Shown piece after piece: positions 9,577 through 19,611 of a stretch of DNA of 64,000 bases. Position 1 is the first letter of the stretch, and each line of letters starts with the position of its first letter. A program made the position numbers and the translations under genes. Under the pieces are notes generated by a model, which saw only the letters and a list, made by a program, of their open reading frames with translations, did no database searches and was not told the DNA's origin. Source of the stretch: a virus (taxonomy: Duplodnaviria; Caudoviricetes); IMG/VR virus record IMGVR_UViG_2706794597_000005, positions 1 to 64,000 of that record; one strand, given 5' to 3'.

Positions 9577-9739
9577 TGCGCGCAGAGGGTTTTGATACCC
9601 TTATTTATCGATCTTGGGCGGGCCATGATGCTGCGTTCGGTTGGGTTGGGAGGTCAATGCGTGCTCATGGGGTGCGAGGGCGTGACGGGCGTCTGGTGGC
9701 GTATGGCGCAAGGTGTCGGAATTGCTACTTTTCAGGCAC

Positions 9740-9765
9740 AAAAAAGCCGCCCGGTTCGGCGGCTA
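9740..9765. terminator. Rho-independent terminator (T-tract on minus strand)
   Basis: AAAAAA-GCCGCC-CGGTTC-GGCGGC-T hairpin. Confidence 0.65.
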
Positions 9766-10004
9766 TGATGTTCAAAACTATCAGTTAACTATTTAAAAAC
9801 GCAATATCCACACCACAGTTATGCTGTTGATATCCGCCTACTTCCATGCGCTGGTAGTAGACTCAAGTGAAGTTTAAACTGCTCGTGATTGCTATCAATC
9901 AATTCAAGCAGGTGTTTGTAATTATACCCGTTCAGTGCATGGCTGATACGGGCTCATCGATTTGTCCAAGATTCAGGAGGCTAACAGATGCCCCCTGCTT
10001 AAAT

Positions 10005-10448
10005 CTAATCACACCCAAGAGCTGAAGTCGTATCACACATCAGCTTTTCTGATAAATCACTGAGATGGTCAATACCAGCATATTTACAGTTGTAAATGGA
10101 TTCCTTCTTACTCTTTAAGTTCATTACACTGACACCACGACTCTGGTCCCCATTTTCGTAGTGACTAAATATTGTGTATTTATACCCTAGATTCATAAAG
10201 GAAATATTTAAATAGTCCGTTTGAAATCGAGAGTAATGATTGTAATTAAATCCTATGAAATCATCGCCTTTTGATTCAAAAATAAATTCATCTTTATTAT
10301 TTTTTGTTAAGCTGTACCGCAGTACACCGTTATTTTCATTTAACTTGACAACACCTTTTCCAATGTCACATGAAAAATATTCTTCATTTGCAAACGATGA
10401 AAAGCATATAAACATTGTAATAAACGTCAGTGTTTTATAATGAAGCAT
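10005..10448 (-). CDS. Periplasmic protein, putative immunity for the upstream muramidase effector
   Basis: Sec signal peptide (..FSSFA/NE), four Cys in the mature chain, start overlaps effector stop, AT-rich like the toxin domain. Confidence 0.7.
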   Translation of the reverse strand: MLHYKTLTFITMFICFSSFANEEYFSCDIGKGVVKLNENNGVLRYSLTKNNKDEFIFESKGDDFIGFNYNHYSRFQTDYLNISFMNLGYKYTIFSHYENGDQSRGVSVMNLKSKKESIYNCKYAGIDHLSDLSEKLMCDTTSALGCD

Positions 10449-12759
10449 TATAATTTTTCTCCATTTTTAAATCATAACCTTTTTGCCTTGGCCCATTATA
10501 TCGTTTGGCGAATGACAACCAATCTTTAGAGCGGATAGAGCGGAGCAAGACACCATCAGACTCGATAAAACTAACGAACGCTTTTAATTGATTTTTTTCA
10601 GATTTACTGATGGCGAGAACAAAATCCTCAGGGCTCGCATAACCTGCAGCTGCATGGTTAGATGCCAGAATCTGAAATTTCCCCCATGATGCGGATTTAA
10701 GTGCCGCACTTTTATCTAGAGCATACGCTCTTACTAGTTTTGAATATTGCACAGATATCGCACCATATCCGCCTGCGACAGAATTTGATATGTCGTCATG
10801 CTGATCATATTTTCCATCTGTATATTTATGAAAGTGATGCCTTTCAAATAATATAGCAGGAACATAATCATCATCTAGTCGGAATTTAAAGTAAGCCCCA
10901 TAAGAACCAGTTTCTGTTTTCGCTACAGCTTTAATTGCTGCAACTTCACAGCCTAATTTACTTGCAGCCTCTACATAATCTGATTCTTCGATTTCATCGC
11001 CATTATAGAAATTTATAAATTCCAAAGGAATTAGATCTTCATTGATAGGAGTTTTAGGGAAATCGCTATTTTTTAACATTTCCAAAAACTCCAACGGGTG
11101 AAAATGCCAGACTGGCTTTCCCTCCATAAACGGCGGCACCTTGCTCATCCACTCGTGCTTCTGCAAGAAAAGCTTATTCACTCCGTTCATCGGCTCCCAG
11201 CCATCTCCGAACAAGCGGCCCCAGCGCGAGTTTTCACTGCCACCATGCCAGTCGCTGTCATGCTTCACCACCAGACGACGAGTCAGTTCCGGCAAATTCA
11301 TCTGCGACGAATGCAGGACGTTAAACAGCCGTTTGTTCAGTTCGCTGCTGTCCCACTCGGTCATCCCGCCTGTATTTCTGGCCCGCAACTGACCCAGCAC
11401 CCCGTCAAAAAATGTCTTCGCTTGTGCGCTGTCCGGCCCTTTTTCAGCATCAAAATGTGACGCCAGACTCTTCACTGCTTCCGTCGCCCAGCTTTCATCC
11501 AGTGGGCGCGAAAAGTCAGTTGTCGGCTCTGCCACTATCGCGGTGAAATTCAGTTGAGTTAAATCATGCTGGCTCAGTTGCTCCACATCGTCCTGATGCA
11601 TCCATGTATGTGGGCGGATTTGAAACCAAACCACACCAGCTTTGTCCGTGAACGGATGTGTCGTTTCACGGCGGAGGATCATGTCGCCGTCTTTTCGCGT
11701 GAGGGCACTCATCGGGCTGAAAGTGGCGTCATCCCCGTCGCCGTTACGCAGATAAAAAGGCCTTTTCAGTTTTAGCTTCACATACTGAGCGCCACTTTTT
11801 ATGCCCTTTATATTCGCCAGCACGTCCGGCACATGCGCATCTGTACTCAACAACTCAATGTGAGCTTTATATTCCGTCCGGTATTCACGGGTATATCCAT
11901 TTTCACTGATGTCCTGCGCGCCCAAAAAGCCCACCGGCTCACCGGCTTTTATCGCCACTTTTAGCGGGGCAGGAGGAAGCACCACCTCATCAAAGACCCC
12001 GTGATTTAGAGCATGGAGCATCCACACCGGCAAACAAACATGACATTCCCCGTCCAGCTCCATAAACTCCGGCCGCACTGATACCCAGAACAGTGGCCCT
12101 GTCGGAATGCCGTCGGTGACCTTTTGCATCAGCCCGAACAGCTCCGAGTTGCCCTTCAGTATGAAGGACGATTCATGCAGCATCGCCAGCACATTGCCCC
12201 GACTCAGAGTTTGCGCCAAGCCGCGTTTGTCTGTCATCACGTCAGGGGCAAGTTCCCGGTCATCATCGCCGCTGCTGTGCTGCCGAAGCCGAACACCGTG
12301 GCCTTTTTCTGTCACTCGATACAGTTTTCTTTTCGGGTATTCCGACAACGGTGCCATCTGCATGTACAGATGGTAAAGATCCAGCCAGCTCGCCGCGTCC
12401 TTCTCATCCGGTTTATACACCGATTTCACCAGCAAAAAGGTCGGTGAATGGCGCAGCTCCATTTTTTCAGCGTGGTTTTCATACAGCAATGCCGGTGTGT
12501 AATCACGGCAAACTCGCCATGCGACTACCTCGCCATCAATCATGCACTGGAGCGGCACCGACTTTTCCGGCGTTTCCTGACTTAGCACAGACGCCGGTGA
12601 TGACGTATCGCCCACATGAACCCCACCATGCCAGTAGCGATTGACACCGACCAACCACAAACCATGAGCCATCTTTTGCATGTCGGTCATCAGTTCGTCG
12701 TAGTGTTCGTATTCCCGCCCGTCTGCCTTCCGTATTGGGTAACGTATTTCCATCCTCAT
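10435..12759 (-). CDS. WHIX-type T6SS effector with C-terminal N-acetylmuramidase (DUF3380-like)
   Basis: N-terminal YPI...WHGGVH; VWHFHP linker; C-terminal AIKAVAKTET, ILFERHHF, SASWGKFQI, FAKRYNGP. Confidence 0.75.
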   Translation of the reverse strand: MRMEIRYPIRKADGREYEHYDELMTDMQKMAHGLWLVGVNRYWHGGVHVGDTSSPASVLSQETPEKSVPLQCMIDGEVVAWRVCRDYTPALLYENHAEKMELRHSPTFLLVKSVYKPDEKDAASWLDLYHLYMQMAPLSEYPKRKLYRVTEKGHGVRLRQHSSGDDDRELAPDVMTDKRGLAQTLSRGNVLAMLHESSFILKGNSELFGLMQKVTDGIPTGPLFWVSVRPEFMELDGECHVCLPVWMLHALNHGVFDEVVLPPAPLKVAIKAGEPVGFLGAQDISENGYTREYRTEYKAHIELLSTDAHVPDVLANIKGIKSGAQYVKLKLKRPFYLRNGDGDDATFSPMSALTRKDGDMILRRETTHPFTDKAGVVWFQIRPHTWMHQDDVEQLSQHDLTQLNFTAIVAEPTTDFSRPLDESWATEAVKSLASHFDAEKGPDSAQAKTFFDGVLGQLRARNTGGMTEWDSSELNKRLFNVLHSSQMNLPELTRRLVVKHDSDWHGGSENSRWGRLFGDGWEPMNGVNKLFLQKHEWMSKVPPFMEGKPVWHFHPLEFLEMLKNSDFPKTPINEDLIPLEFINFYNGDEIEESDYVEAASKLGCEVAAIKAVAKTETGSYGAYFKFRLDDDYVPAILFERHHFHKYTDGKYDQHDDISNSVAGGYGAISVQYSKLVRAYALDKSAALKSASWGKFQILASNHAAAGYASPEDFVLAISKSEKNQLKAFVSFIESDGVLLRSIRSKDWLSFAKRYNGPRQKGYDLKMEKNYNASL

Positions 12760-13092
12760 TCCCTTAAGTTAAGTTTTCCCCATCCATCAGCGTTGAGGAC
12801 GTTACTATATTGCTCCTACAAATCCGGTGTAGGTTGGATCGAATTTATCACACCCTTTTACGCCAGACTTCCGCGTTAATTCAATTTCGGAAAAAACTCA
12901 ATGAAAAGGTGGGTTAACTTAAATCGAGGGATATCTGGTCAATAAACGTTAACTTATCTACCAACACTATAACTATTTTATAATTATCAACAATGTAATA
13001 CACCTAAGTTTACGAGTTCGTATTTGCTCAAATAAACATACATGACGAATCATCCCCTTTAATATGGTGGTATTGGCGCTTTACGTCCCATA

Positions 13093-14124
13093 TCACTCCT
13101 CACTTATCAGTTCATAAGGCTTGAACCCCACCACCTCCTCCCCAACCCACTCATTGACCTCTTTCATCCGTTCCTACAACGGCATTAGCTCGTTGCGCAC
13201 AAACACCTGACTGGCCTTTTCTATGTCACCAAATCCGCCGGTGTTATTGGGGATGATACCCATCATCTGCGGTGGTACGCGGTGGGCGCTGAGTAGGTCG
13301 TCGCGGCTGGCGTTTTTGATATTAAAAAAATCGTCTTTGGTGGCCACCTCGCTGAGTGGGACGATCTTGATACCGTCAGGTTTGCCATTTGGGGCGTAGA
13401 AAAACAGATTTTTAAAATTCCCTAACCCTTTGGTACTGCGCATGGCGTTGCGTAAGGTTTCTACGTCGGTATTACTTTGGGCAGCGTCGGTGACATACAT
13501 GATATAACCAGCATGTGCACCATTCTGGAAATACTTGCGACGAAATAACGTGGCCGATTCGTTCAGCCATGCTGAGTTGAGTGAGCTGAGATATTCAGGC
13601 AAACCATAAAGTTCCTGATTAATATCCGGTTCAATCAGGTGAAATACCGTGCCTGGCTCAAAGCGATGCGGTTCGCGGAAAGATTGCACGAACCAATACA
13701 CATCATCTTCTACTCCACGGCGGGTATATTTGGCCGGTGAACATTCCAGTCGCATTAATTTACCTAAGCGATTGAAGCGCTTCTCCAGAAAGGCATTGCC
13801 GAATACTAAGAAATCCAGTGCAAAGCGGCTAAACTCTTGGGCGCTAAGCAGCGGATGTGGGATAAAAGTGCTGGTCAGAATATTGCGTTTCACATACAGC
13901 GGTGAGCTGTGATGCACCGCCGCACGCAGACTTTTGGCCAACCCGGTGAAACTGATCGGCGGCTCAATCCATTTGCCGTTACCAATGCATTCGGCGTAAT
14001 CCAGAATGTCGCGACGATCCAGCACTGCGGAAGGCTCGCCAAAACTAAACACTTCCATTGGTTGCTGCGGTTGCCGAGTTAGATTGGTTGATTTTACTGC
14101 CTTGCGGCCTTTGCGTTTGCTCAT
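13093..14124 (-). pseudogene. Q: Portal protein gpQ interrupted by a premature amber codon at 13174-13176
   Basis: PBSX-type portal; after FVRNELMPL-TAG the frame continues ERMKEVNEWVGEEVVGFKPYELISEE-TGA (13093), the normal P2 Q C-terminus. Confidence 0.85.
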
Positions 14125-15887
14125 CAGTTAAAATCCAGAATTGAATATTGGGCATAACCGTTACCGGCGGTTAGCGGCTCGTTAATCATCGCGTGCATCG
14201 CCGCCCATGCGATATCTGCATGACTGGCGTCTTCGCTGCGGCTGGCTTGGTAAGTGGCACGGCCACCGCTGGCAGTCATGGTTTTGCGGATAGCCATAAA
14301 AGATTGGGTGATATCGGTGTGGCCGGAGTCATACTCCAGCCGCCCACTGGTGATCAGATCTTTGGCTTTCAGCACCAGCGCGGTTTTAATCTCCGGGCTG
14401 TAACAAATTTCCCGCACCGCCGGAAAGAACTCCCGCACCAGTTGATAGACGCCCTGCCCAATGCCCGTGGCGTCGATACCGATATATTCCACGCAGTATT
14501 TTTCAGTTAGGGTTTTGATGGATTCAGCTTGAGTGGCGAAGTCCATTCCCTTCCATTGATGGCGTTCCAAAATGCGGAATTTGCCGCCGGGTACCAGCGG
14601 TGGAGCCAATACCACGCAACCCGCACTGTCACCGGTGTGAGACGGGTCATAACCCAACCAAACCGCCCGATAACCAAAAGGTCGATAGGCGTAAGGATTA
14701 AAATCGTCCCACTCCTCCAGACTATCGACCATGCAGCCCTGCAACTCTTCGAACGGGAATACCGAGGTTTTATCATCGACGAATTCGCACATCAGCAGGT
14801 TTTGATATTCCGCTGGGCTGTATTCCAGCGCGAGTTGGTCGAGGTCAAACAAGTTACAGCCGCCCGCCAGCGCATCTTCGACAGTGACAATCTGTCGCCA
14901 CTGACCGTCGCCACACAGCGCACCGTGCATCAAATGGCTATGGCTGAGATTGACATAAATATGTTGTTCTTTGTTCTTACGCCCTTTATTAAACAGCTCG
15001 CCAGACCAAAACGGATAAGCGCTGTGGGCCAAACTGGATGGTGTGGAGAAGTAAGTGGTGCGCCATTTTTTGTGTAATGACATACCCGAAGCCACTTTAC
15101 GCAGCTCCTGAAACTTGGGTATCCAAAAGTATTCATCAAGATACAGGTTGCCGGTGTAACTCTGAGCGGTGCGGATATTAGTGCCGAGAAAGAACAGCCG
15201 CGCACCGTTGGCCAGCACCATCGGATCGCCTTTCAGGTCAACTTCTACCTGTCGGGCAAAATCAATAATGTAGTTTTTGAATACATGCGCCTGTGCTTTA
15301 CTGGCTGACAGAAAGATCTGATTGCGCCCAGTGGTTAGTGCATCTATTAGCGCTTCACGGGCAAAGTAGAAGGTTGCGCCAATTTGGCGCGATTTAAGAA
15401 TATTGCGAATACGGTGCTGCAAGCCAGCCCGATACCAACCTTTCTGATATTCAAACGTAGTTTCCAGAAAAATATCATTCAGCGCTTCAATAGCCGCGTC
15501 ACTAAACACATTCTTCTCGGCTGCCTTACGTTCCCCTTTATTACGGTTACGTATCTTCGGATTTAGATCGGCTTCATTGCCAGTTTGGTTGTAGCGATTA
15601 ACTCGCGCTAATCGCTCAATCTGGCGGCCTAGCAGGTCAATCTCTTTGTAGTCGCACCCCTCTTTGTTGTTCTTCATGATCAGTTGAATCAACCGCGCTT
15701 CCAGACTGCTCTCCACGCGGGATACCGGGGAAACATCCTCCCAGGCATCCCGCTGTTTCCAGCTCTGCACGGTTGGCGCTTTCTGGTTCAGCATCTCCGC
15801 AATCTGGCGCACAGAAAAGCCCTGCCAGTAAAACAAAGCCGCCTGCCGCCGTGGGTCGCTGATAAGGGTAGTTGGGGTCGTCGTCAT
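14124..15887 (-). CDS. P: Terminase ATPase subunit gpP
   Basis: ILKSRQIGATF, LYLDEYFW, GYDPS nuclease motif. Confidence 0.97.
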   Translation of the reverse strand: MTTTPTTLISDPRRQAALFYWQGFSVRQIAEMLNQKAPTVQSWKQRDAWEDVSPVSRVESSLEARLIQLIMKNNKEGCDYKEIDLLGRQIERLARVNRYNQTGNEADLNPKIRNRNKGERKAAEKNVFSDAAIEALNDIFLETTFEYQKGWYRAGLQHRIRNILKSRQIGATFYFAREALIDALTTGRNQIFLSASKAQAHVFKNYIIDFARQVEVDLKGDPMVLANGARLFFLGTNIRTAQSYTGNLYLDEYFWIPKFQELRKVASGMSLHKKWRTTYFSTPSSLAHSAYPFWSGELFNKGRKNKEQHIYVNLSHSHLMHGALCGDGQWRQIVTVEDALAGGCNLFDLDQLALEYSPAEYQNLLMCEFVDDKTSVFPFEELQGCMVDSLEEWDDFNPYAYRPFGYRAVWLGYDPSHTGDSAGCVVLAPPLVPGGKFRILERHQWKGMDFATQAESIKTLTEKYCVEYIGIDATGIGQGVYQLVREFFPAVREICYSPEIKTALVLKAKDLITSGRLEYDSGHTDITQSFMAIRKTMTASGGRATYQASRSEDASHADIAWAAMHAMINEPLTAGNGYAQYSILDFN

Positions 15888-15930
15888 GGGCGCAAGGCTA
15901 CGAAAACGAGTTTAATTCTTCCTCAACTCA

Positions 15931-15938
15931 CTGTTGTG
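15931..15938 (+). promoter_or_regulatory. Ogr/B-dependent late promoter element (same motif at 22353 before V and 28406 before FI)
   Basis: CTGTTGTG recurs upstream of each late operon start (P/O, V, FI). Confidence 0.5.
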
Positions 15939-16029
15939 TCAGTGATTAAAGGATTTAGAGTGGTGGCGATGGGAATTGGGAGTCAGGAAACTAGCGCTGA
16001 TTTAACTGACCCATTCACGGACTCCCATT

Positions 16030-16851
16030 ATGGCTAAGAAAATTTCTAAGTTTTTCCGTATCGGTGTCGAAGGTGATACTTGCGATGGTCGTATTATCGA
16101 CGGTAATGACATTCAGCAAATGGCCGATACCTTTGATCCGCGCGTCTATGGCTGCCGCATCAATCTGGAACATATTAAAGGTTTACTGCCTGACAGCCCT
16201 TTCCGTCGTTACGGTGATGTGGTTGAGCTAAAAGCCGAGAAAATCAACGATGATTCCGCGCTAAACGGTAAGTGGGCGTTATATGCCAAGGTGGTGCCGA
16301 CCGACGATCTGGTAGCAATGGTACAAGCCCGGCAAAAGGTTTATACCTCAATGGAGATTCGTCCGAATTTCTCCAACAGCGGTAAATGCTATCTGATTGG
16401 TTTGGCGGTGACTGATGACCCAGCCAGCTTGGGGACTGAAATGTTGGAATTCTGCGCCCGCGCCAAAACCAATCCGCTGGCGGGTAAGAAACTGGAACCC
16501 ACCGATCTGTTCTCTGTTGCCGTTGAGGCCGCGATTGAATTTGAAGAAGTTCCTGAACCCGGAATCAGTTTACTTAGCCGGGTAAAAGAGCTGTTTAATC
16601 GCAAGCAATCCTCTGACGATGCCCGTTTTACTGATATCCACGCCGCTGTGACCACTGTAGCTGAACAGCTGCAAGTTCAGGCTGATGCTAACGAGCAACG
16701 TTTTCAACAAATTGAGCAACAGATTGAAGCCAATCAGCAGCAACTTTCCCACCTGCGCGCCAGCCTTGACCAGAGCGAAAGCCTGATCCAACTGCGCCGC
16801 CCGATGGCCAACGGCGGTAATGGTGATGAAACCTTTCTGACTAACTGTTAA
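16030..16851 (+). CDS. O: Capsid scaffold/protease gpO
   Basis: SKFFRIGVEGDTCDGR, GLAVTDDPASLGTE. Confidence 0.96.
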   Translation: MAKKISKFFRIGVEGDTCDGRIIDGNDIQQMADTFDPRVYGCRINLEHIKGLLPDSPFRRYGDVVELKAEKINDDSALNGKWALYAKVVPTDDLVAMVQARQKVYTSMEIRPNFSNSGKCYLIGLAVTDDPASLGTEMLEFCARAKTNPLAGKKLEPTDLFSVAVEAAIEFEEVPEPGISLLSRVKELFNRKQSSDDARFTDIHAAVTTVAEQLQVQADANEQRFQQIEQQIEANQQQLSHLRASLDQSESLIQLRRPMANGGNGDETFLTNC

Positions 16852-16872
16852 TAACCAGACTGAGAGAGCCTC

Positions 16873-17940
16873 ATGCGACCTAATACCCGAATCAAATTCA
16901 ACGCTTACCTGACTCAGGTTGCCAAATTGAATGGCATTGAGGTGAGCGATGTGACGAAGAAATTCAGCGTCGAGCCGTCGGTTACCCAAACCCTGATGAC
17001 CCGAGTGCAGGAGTCATCCGAGTTTCTCAGCCGTATCAATATGGTGCCGGTGGCCGAGTTAACGGGTGAGAAAATCGGTATCGGCGTCACCGGTTCTATT
17101 GCCAGCACTACCGATACCGCGACTGGCGACGAGCGTGAAACCGCTGACTTTGCCGCGCTAGAAGCTCGCCGTTATCAGTGTGAACAGATGAACTTCGATT
17201 TTCATATCCGCTATAACACGCTGGATCTGTGGGCGCGGTATCAGGATTTTCAACTACGGCTACGTGATGCCATCGCCAAACGTCAGGCATTGGATTACAT
17301 CATGGTGGGCTTTAACGGGGTGAAACGTGCGGCTACCTCCAATCGTCAGCAAAACCCAATGCTGCAAGATGTAGCCGTAGGCTGGTTGCAAAAATACCGC
17401 AACGAAGCACCGCAGCGGGTGATGGATAAAGTGACCGGTAAAGAGGGTGCGATAATTTCCAGCGTCATTCGTGTCGGCGAAAATGGCGACTATAAAAACC
17501 TCGATGCGCTGGTATTTGACGCCACCAATACCATGATTGACCCGTGGCATCAAGAAGACCCCGATTTAGTGGTGATCTGTGGCCGTGAGTTGTTAGTCGA
17601 TAAATATTTCCCACTGATTAACCAAAAACAACCCAATAGCGAAATGCTGGCAGCGGATGTGATTGTTAGCCAGAAACGTATCGGCAACTTGCCAGCGGTG
17701 CGCGTGCCCTACTTCCCTGCCAACGCCATGTTAGTAACCCGTCTGGACAACCTATCGATCTATTTTATGGACGACAGCCACCGCCGCCATATCGAAGAAG
17801 TTGCCCGCCGCGATCGCATCGAAAACTACGAATCCATCAAACAGGATTATGTGGTGGAGGAATACGGCTGTGGTTGCCTGATTGAAAATATCCAACTATT
17901 GACTGAAACAAAAAACAAGCATTCAGAAACAGGAGCCTAA
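16873..17940 (+). CDS. N: Major capsid protein gpN
   Basis: P2 N motifs FSVEPSVTQ, NPMLQDVAVGWLQKYR. Confidence 0.97.
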   Translation: MRPNTRIKFNAYLTQVAKLNGIEVSDVTKKFSVEPSVTQTLMTRVQESSEFLSRINMVPVAELTGEKIGIGVTGSIASTTDTATGDERETADFAALEARRYQCEQMNFDFHIRYNTLDLWARYQDFQLRLRDAIAKRQALDYIMVGFNGVKRAATSNRQQNPMLQDVAVGWLQKYRNEAPQRVMDKVTGKEGAIISSVIRVGENGDYKNLDALVFDATNTMIDPWHQEDPDLVVICGRELLVDKYFPLINQKQPNSEMLAADVIVSQKRIGNLPAVRVPYFPANAMLVTRLDNLSIYFMDDSHRRHIEEVARRDRIENYESIKQDYVVEEYGCGCLIENIQLLTETKNKHSETGA

Positions 17941-17943
17941 GCC

Positions 17944-18600
17944 ATGTTAAGCCCCGCCAGACGGCACATGATGCGAGTTTTAGCGGCGGAGGCGGCGCAG
18001 CAGATTGAAGAGCCGCTGCGCCATGCCAATGGCTATGAACTAATGCTGTTAAAACTGGCTGAAGATCTTCGAGCCCTAAAAAATGTGCATTCAATGGAGC
18101 GCAAAGCTGAACGCAAACGGGAAATGCTGCCCTACTACGCCCCTTGGGTGAGCGGAGTGTTGAGCGAAGGTCGAGGCGCTCAAGATGCGGTATTGATGAC
18201 GGTTATGGTGTGGAAGCTGGATGTTGGCGATATTGCCGGTGCGCTGGAGATCGCCCGCTATGCCTTGCACCATCACCTCGTGATGCCGGATCGCTATAAA
18301 CGTTCTACGCCTTACTTATTGGCTGAAGATGTGGCCGATGCAGCTACTCGCGCCCACAGTGCGGGCCAGCCCGTCAATATCGACCACCTGCTGGCCACAA
18401 TGGAACTGACCGATGCCGAAGATATGCCAGATCAAGTGCGCGCCAAGCTACACAAAATCGCCGGTATCGTCCTGCGGGACAGTGGTAAAACCGAATCAGC
18501 CTTGGTACATCTCAGGCGCGCGTTACAGCTCAATAGCCATTGCGGTGTGAAAAAAGATATTGAACGGTTGGAGAGCCAACTACGCAAAGCCAGCCGCTAA
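17944..18600 (+). CDS. M: Terminase endonuclease subunit gpM
   Basis: MLSPARRH, DMPDQVRAKLHK, GVKKDIERL. Confidence 0.95.
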   Translation: MLSPARRHMMRVLAAEAAQQIEEPLRHANGYELMLLKLAEDLRALKNVHSMERKAERKREMLPYYAPWVSGVLSEGRGAQDAVLMTVMVWKLDVGDIAGALEIARYALHHHLVMPDRYKRSTPYLLAEDVADAATRAHSAGQPVNIDHLLATMELTDAEDMPDQVRAKLHKIAGIVLRDSGKTESALVHLRRALQLNSHCGVKKDIERLESQLRKASR

Positions 18601-18689
18601 CCAAACGCGCCCCGCGCCGGGCGGCACGCAAGCCGCGACAACGTACCAGATCAACGTTTGCGTCCACCGCCCTCTATTTTGAGGTTGCC

Positions 18690-19196
18690 ATGACGACAGT
18701 GATTATTTCCAAAAAAGATGAGCAGCCACATGGCGGTACCATAGTCATTCCGCCATCTGCGCATGACGAGCCACTGATAAAGAACACATTCTTCTTTCCC
18801 GATATTGATCCGAAGCGCGTTCGTGACCTGATGCGCCTTGAGCAAACCATCGCCCCAGCCCGGTTACGGGAGGCCATTAAAACCGGTATGGCAGAAACCA
18901 ATGCGGAGTTACACGATTTTCGCGAGCAGCAAGTCGCCGCTGGGTTTAACCGCCTTATCGATGTGCCGTCGGATGAGGTCGATGGGGAGAATATCCGTGT
19001 TTCCCATTATGTGCGCGCCGTTTGTGCAATGGCAACCGCGACCTTGTATGAACGTTATCGCGGCGTGGATGCCAGTGCCAAAGGCGACAAAAAAGCTGAC
19101 AGTATCGACAGCACTATTGATGAGTTGTGGCGTGATATGCGCTGGTCGGTCTCGCGCATCCAAGATAAACCACACTGTATTGTGGGCCACATCTGA
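18690..19196 (+). CDS. L: Head completion protein gpL
   Basis: IKNTFFFPDI, ELWRDMRW. Confidence 0.93.
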   Translation: MTTVIISKKDEQPHGGTIVIPPSAHDEPLIKNTFFFPDIDPKRVRDLMRLEQTIAPARLREAIKTGMAETNAELHDFREQQVAAGFNRLIDVPSDEVDGENIRVSHYVRAVCAMATATLYERYRGVDASAKGDKKADSIDSTIDELWRDMRWSVSRIQDKPHCIVGHI

Positions 19197-19399
19197 TGCA
19201 AATCATTGCACAACAAGGCGATACCCTTGACCTCATTTGCGCTCGATATTACGGGTACACAGAGGGGGTATTTGAAACGGTGCTCGCCGCTAATCCGGGG
19301 CTGGCAGAACTTGGGGCGGTACTGCCGCATGGCACTCCCGTTGAGTTGCCAGATGTTCAAACCTCACCTGTCACAGAGACTGTAAACCTGTGGGACTGA
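19196..19399 (+). CDS. X: Tail protein X (LysM-like)
   Basis: AQQGDTLDLIC.RYYG, ANPGLA, VNLWD. Confidence 0.95.
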   Translation: MQIIAQQGDTLDLICARYYGYTEGVFETVLAANPGLAELGAVLPHGTPVELPDVQTSPVTETVNLWD

Positions 19400-19401
19400 C
19401 A

Positions 19402-19611
19402 ATGGAGAAGATCAGCACATTTATTACTTACTGGTTATCAGTAGCACTTGCATGGTTCGGCACACAGACGCCAGATAGGTTTGCACTCTATATCGGTGGG
19501 AGCTGCGCCATTTTTACCGCGCTGGTTAATTTTTGGTATCGCCGCAAAACCTTTAATTACCTCAGATCTATGGGGCTTAATGAAGGGGTGACCCGTGAAC
19601 TCAATCGTTAA
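19402..19611 (+). CDS. Holin
   Basis: Two TM segments, FTALVNFWYRRK; position before endolysin. Confidence 0.85.
   Translation: MEKISTFITYWLSVALAWFGTQTPDRFALYIGGSCAIFTALVNFWYRRKTFNYLRSMGLNEGVTRELNR

Noticed and set aside
9417-9788. 123-aa ORF and antisense 68-aa ORF
   Set aside because: They run across the cos site and a terminator, with no recognisable motifs; likely spurious
10435-12759. Second phage endolysin
   Set aside because: The lysis cassette already has a lysozyme; the long WHGGVH N-terminus and coupled periplasmic partner fit an effector-immunity pair better
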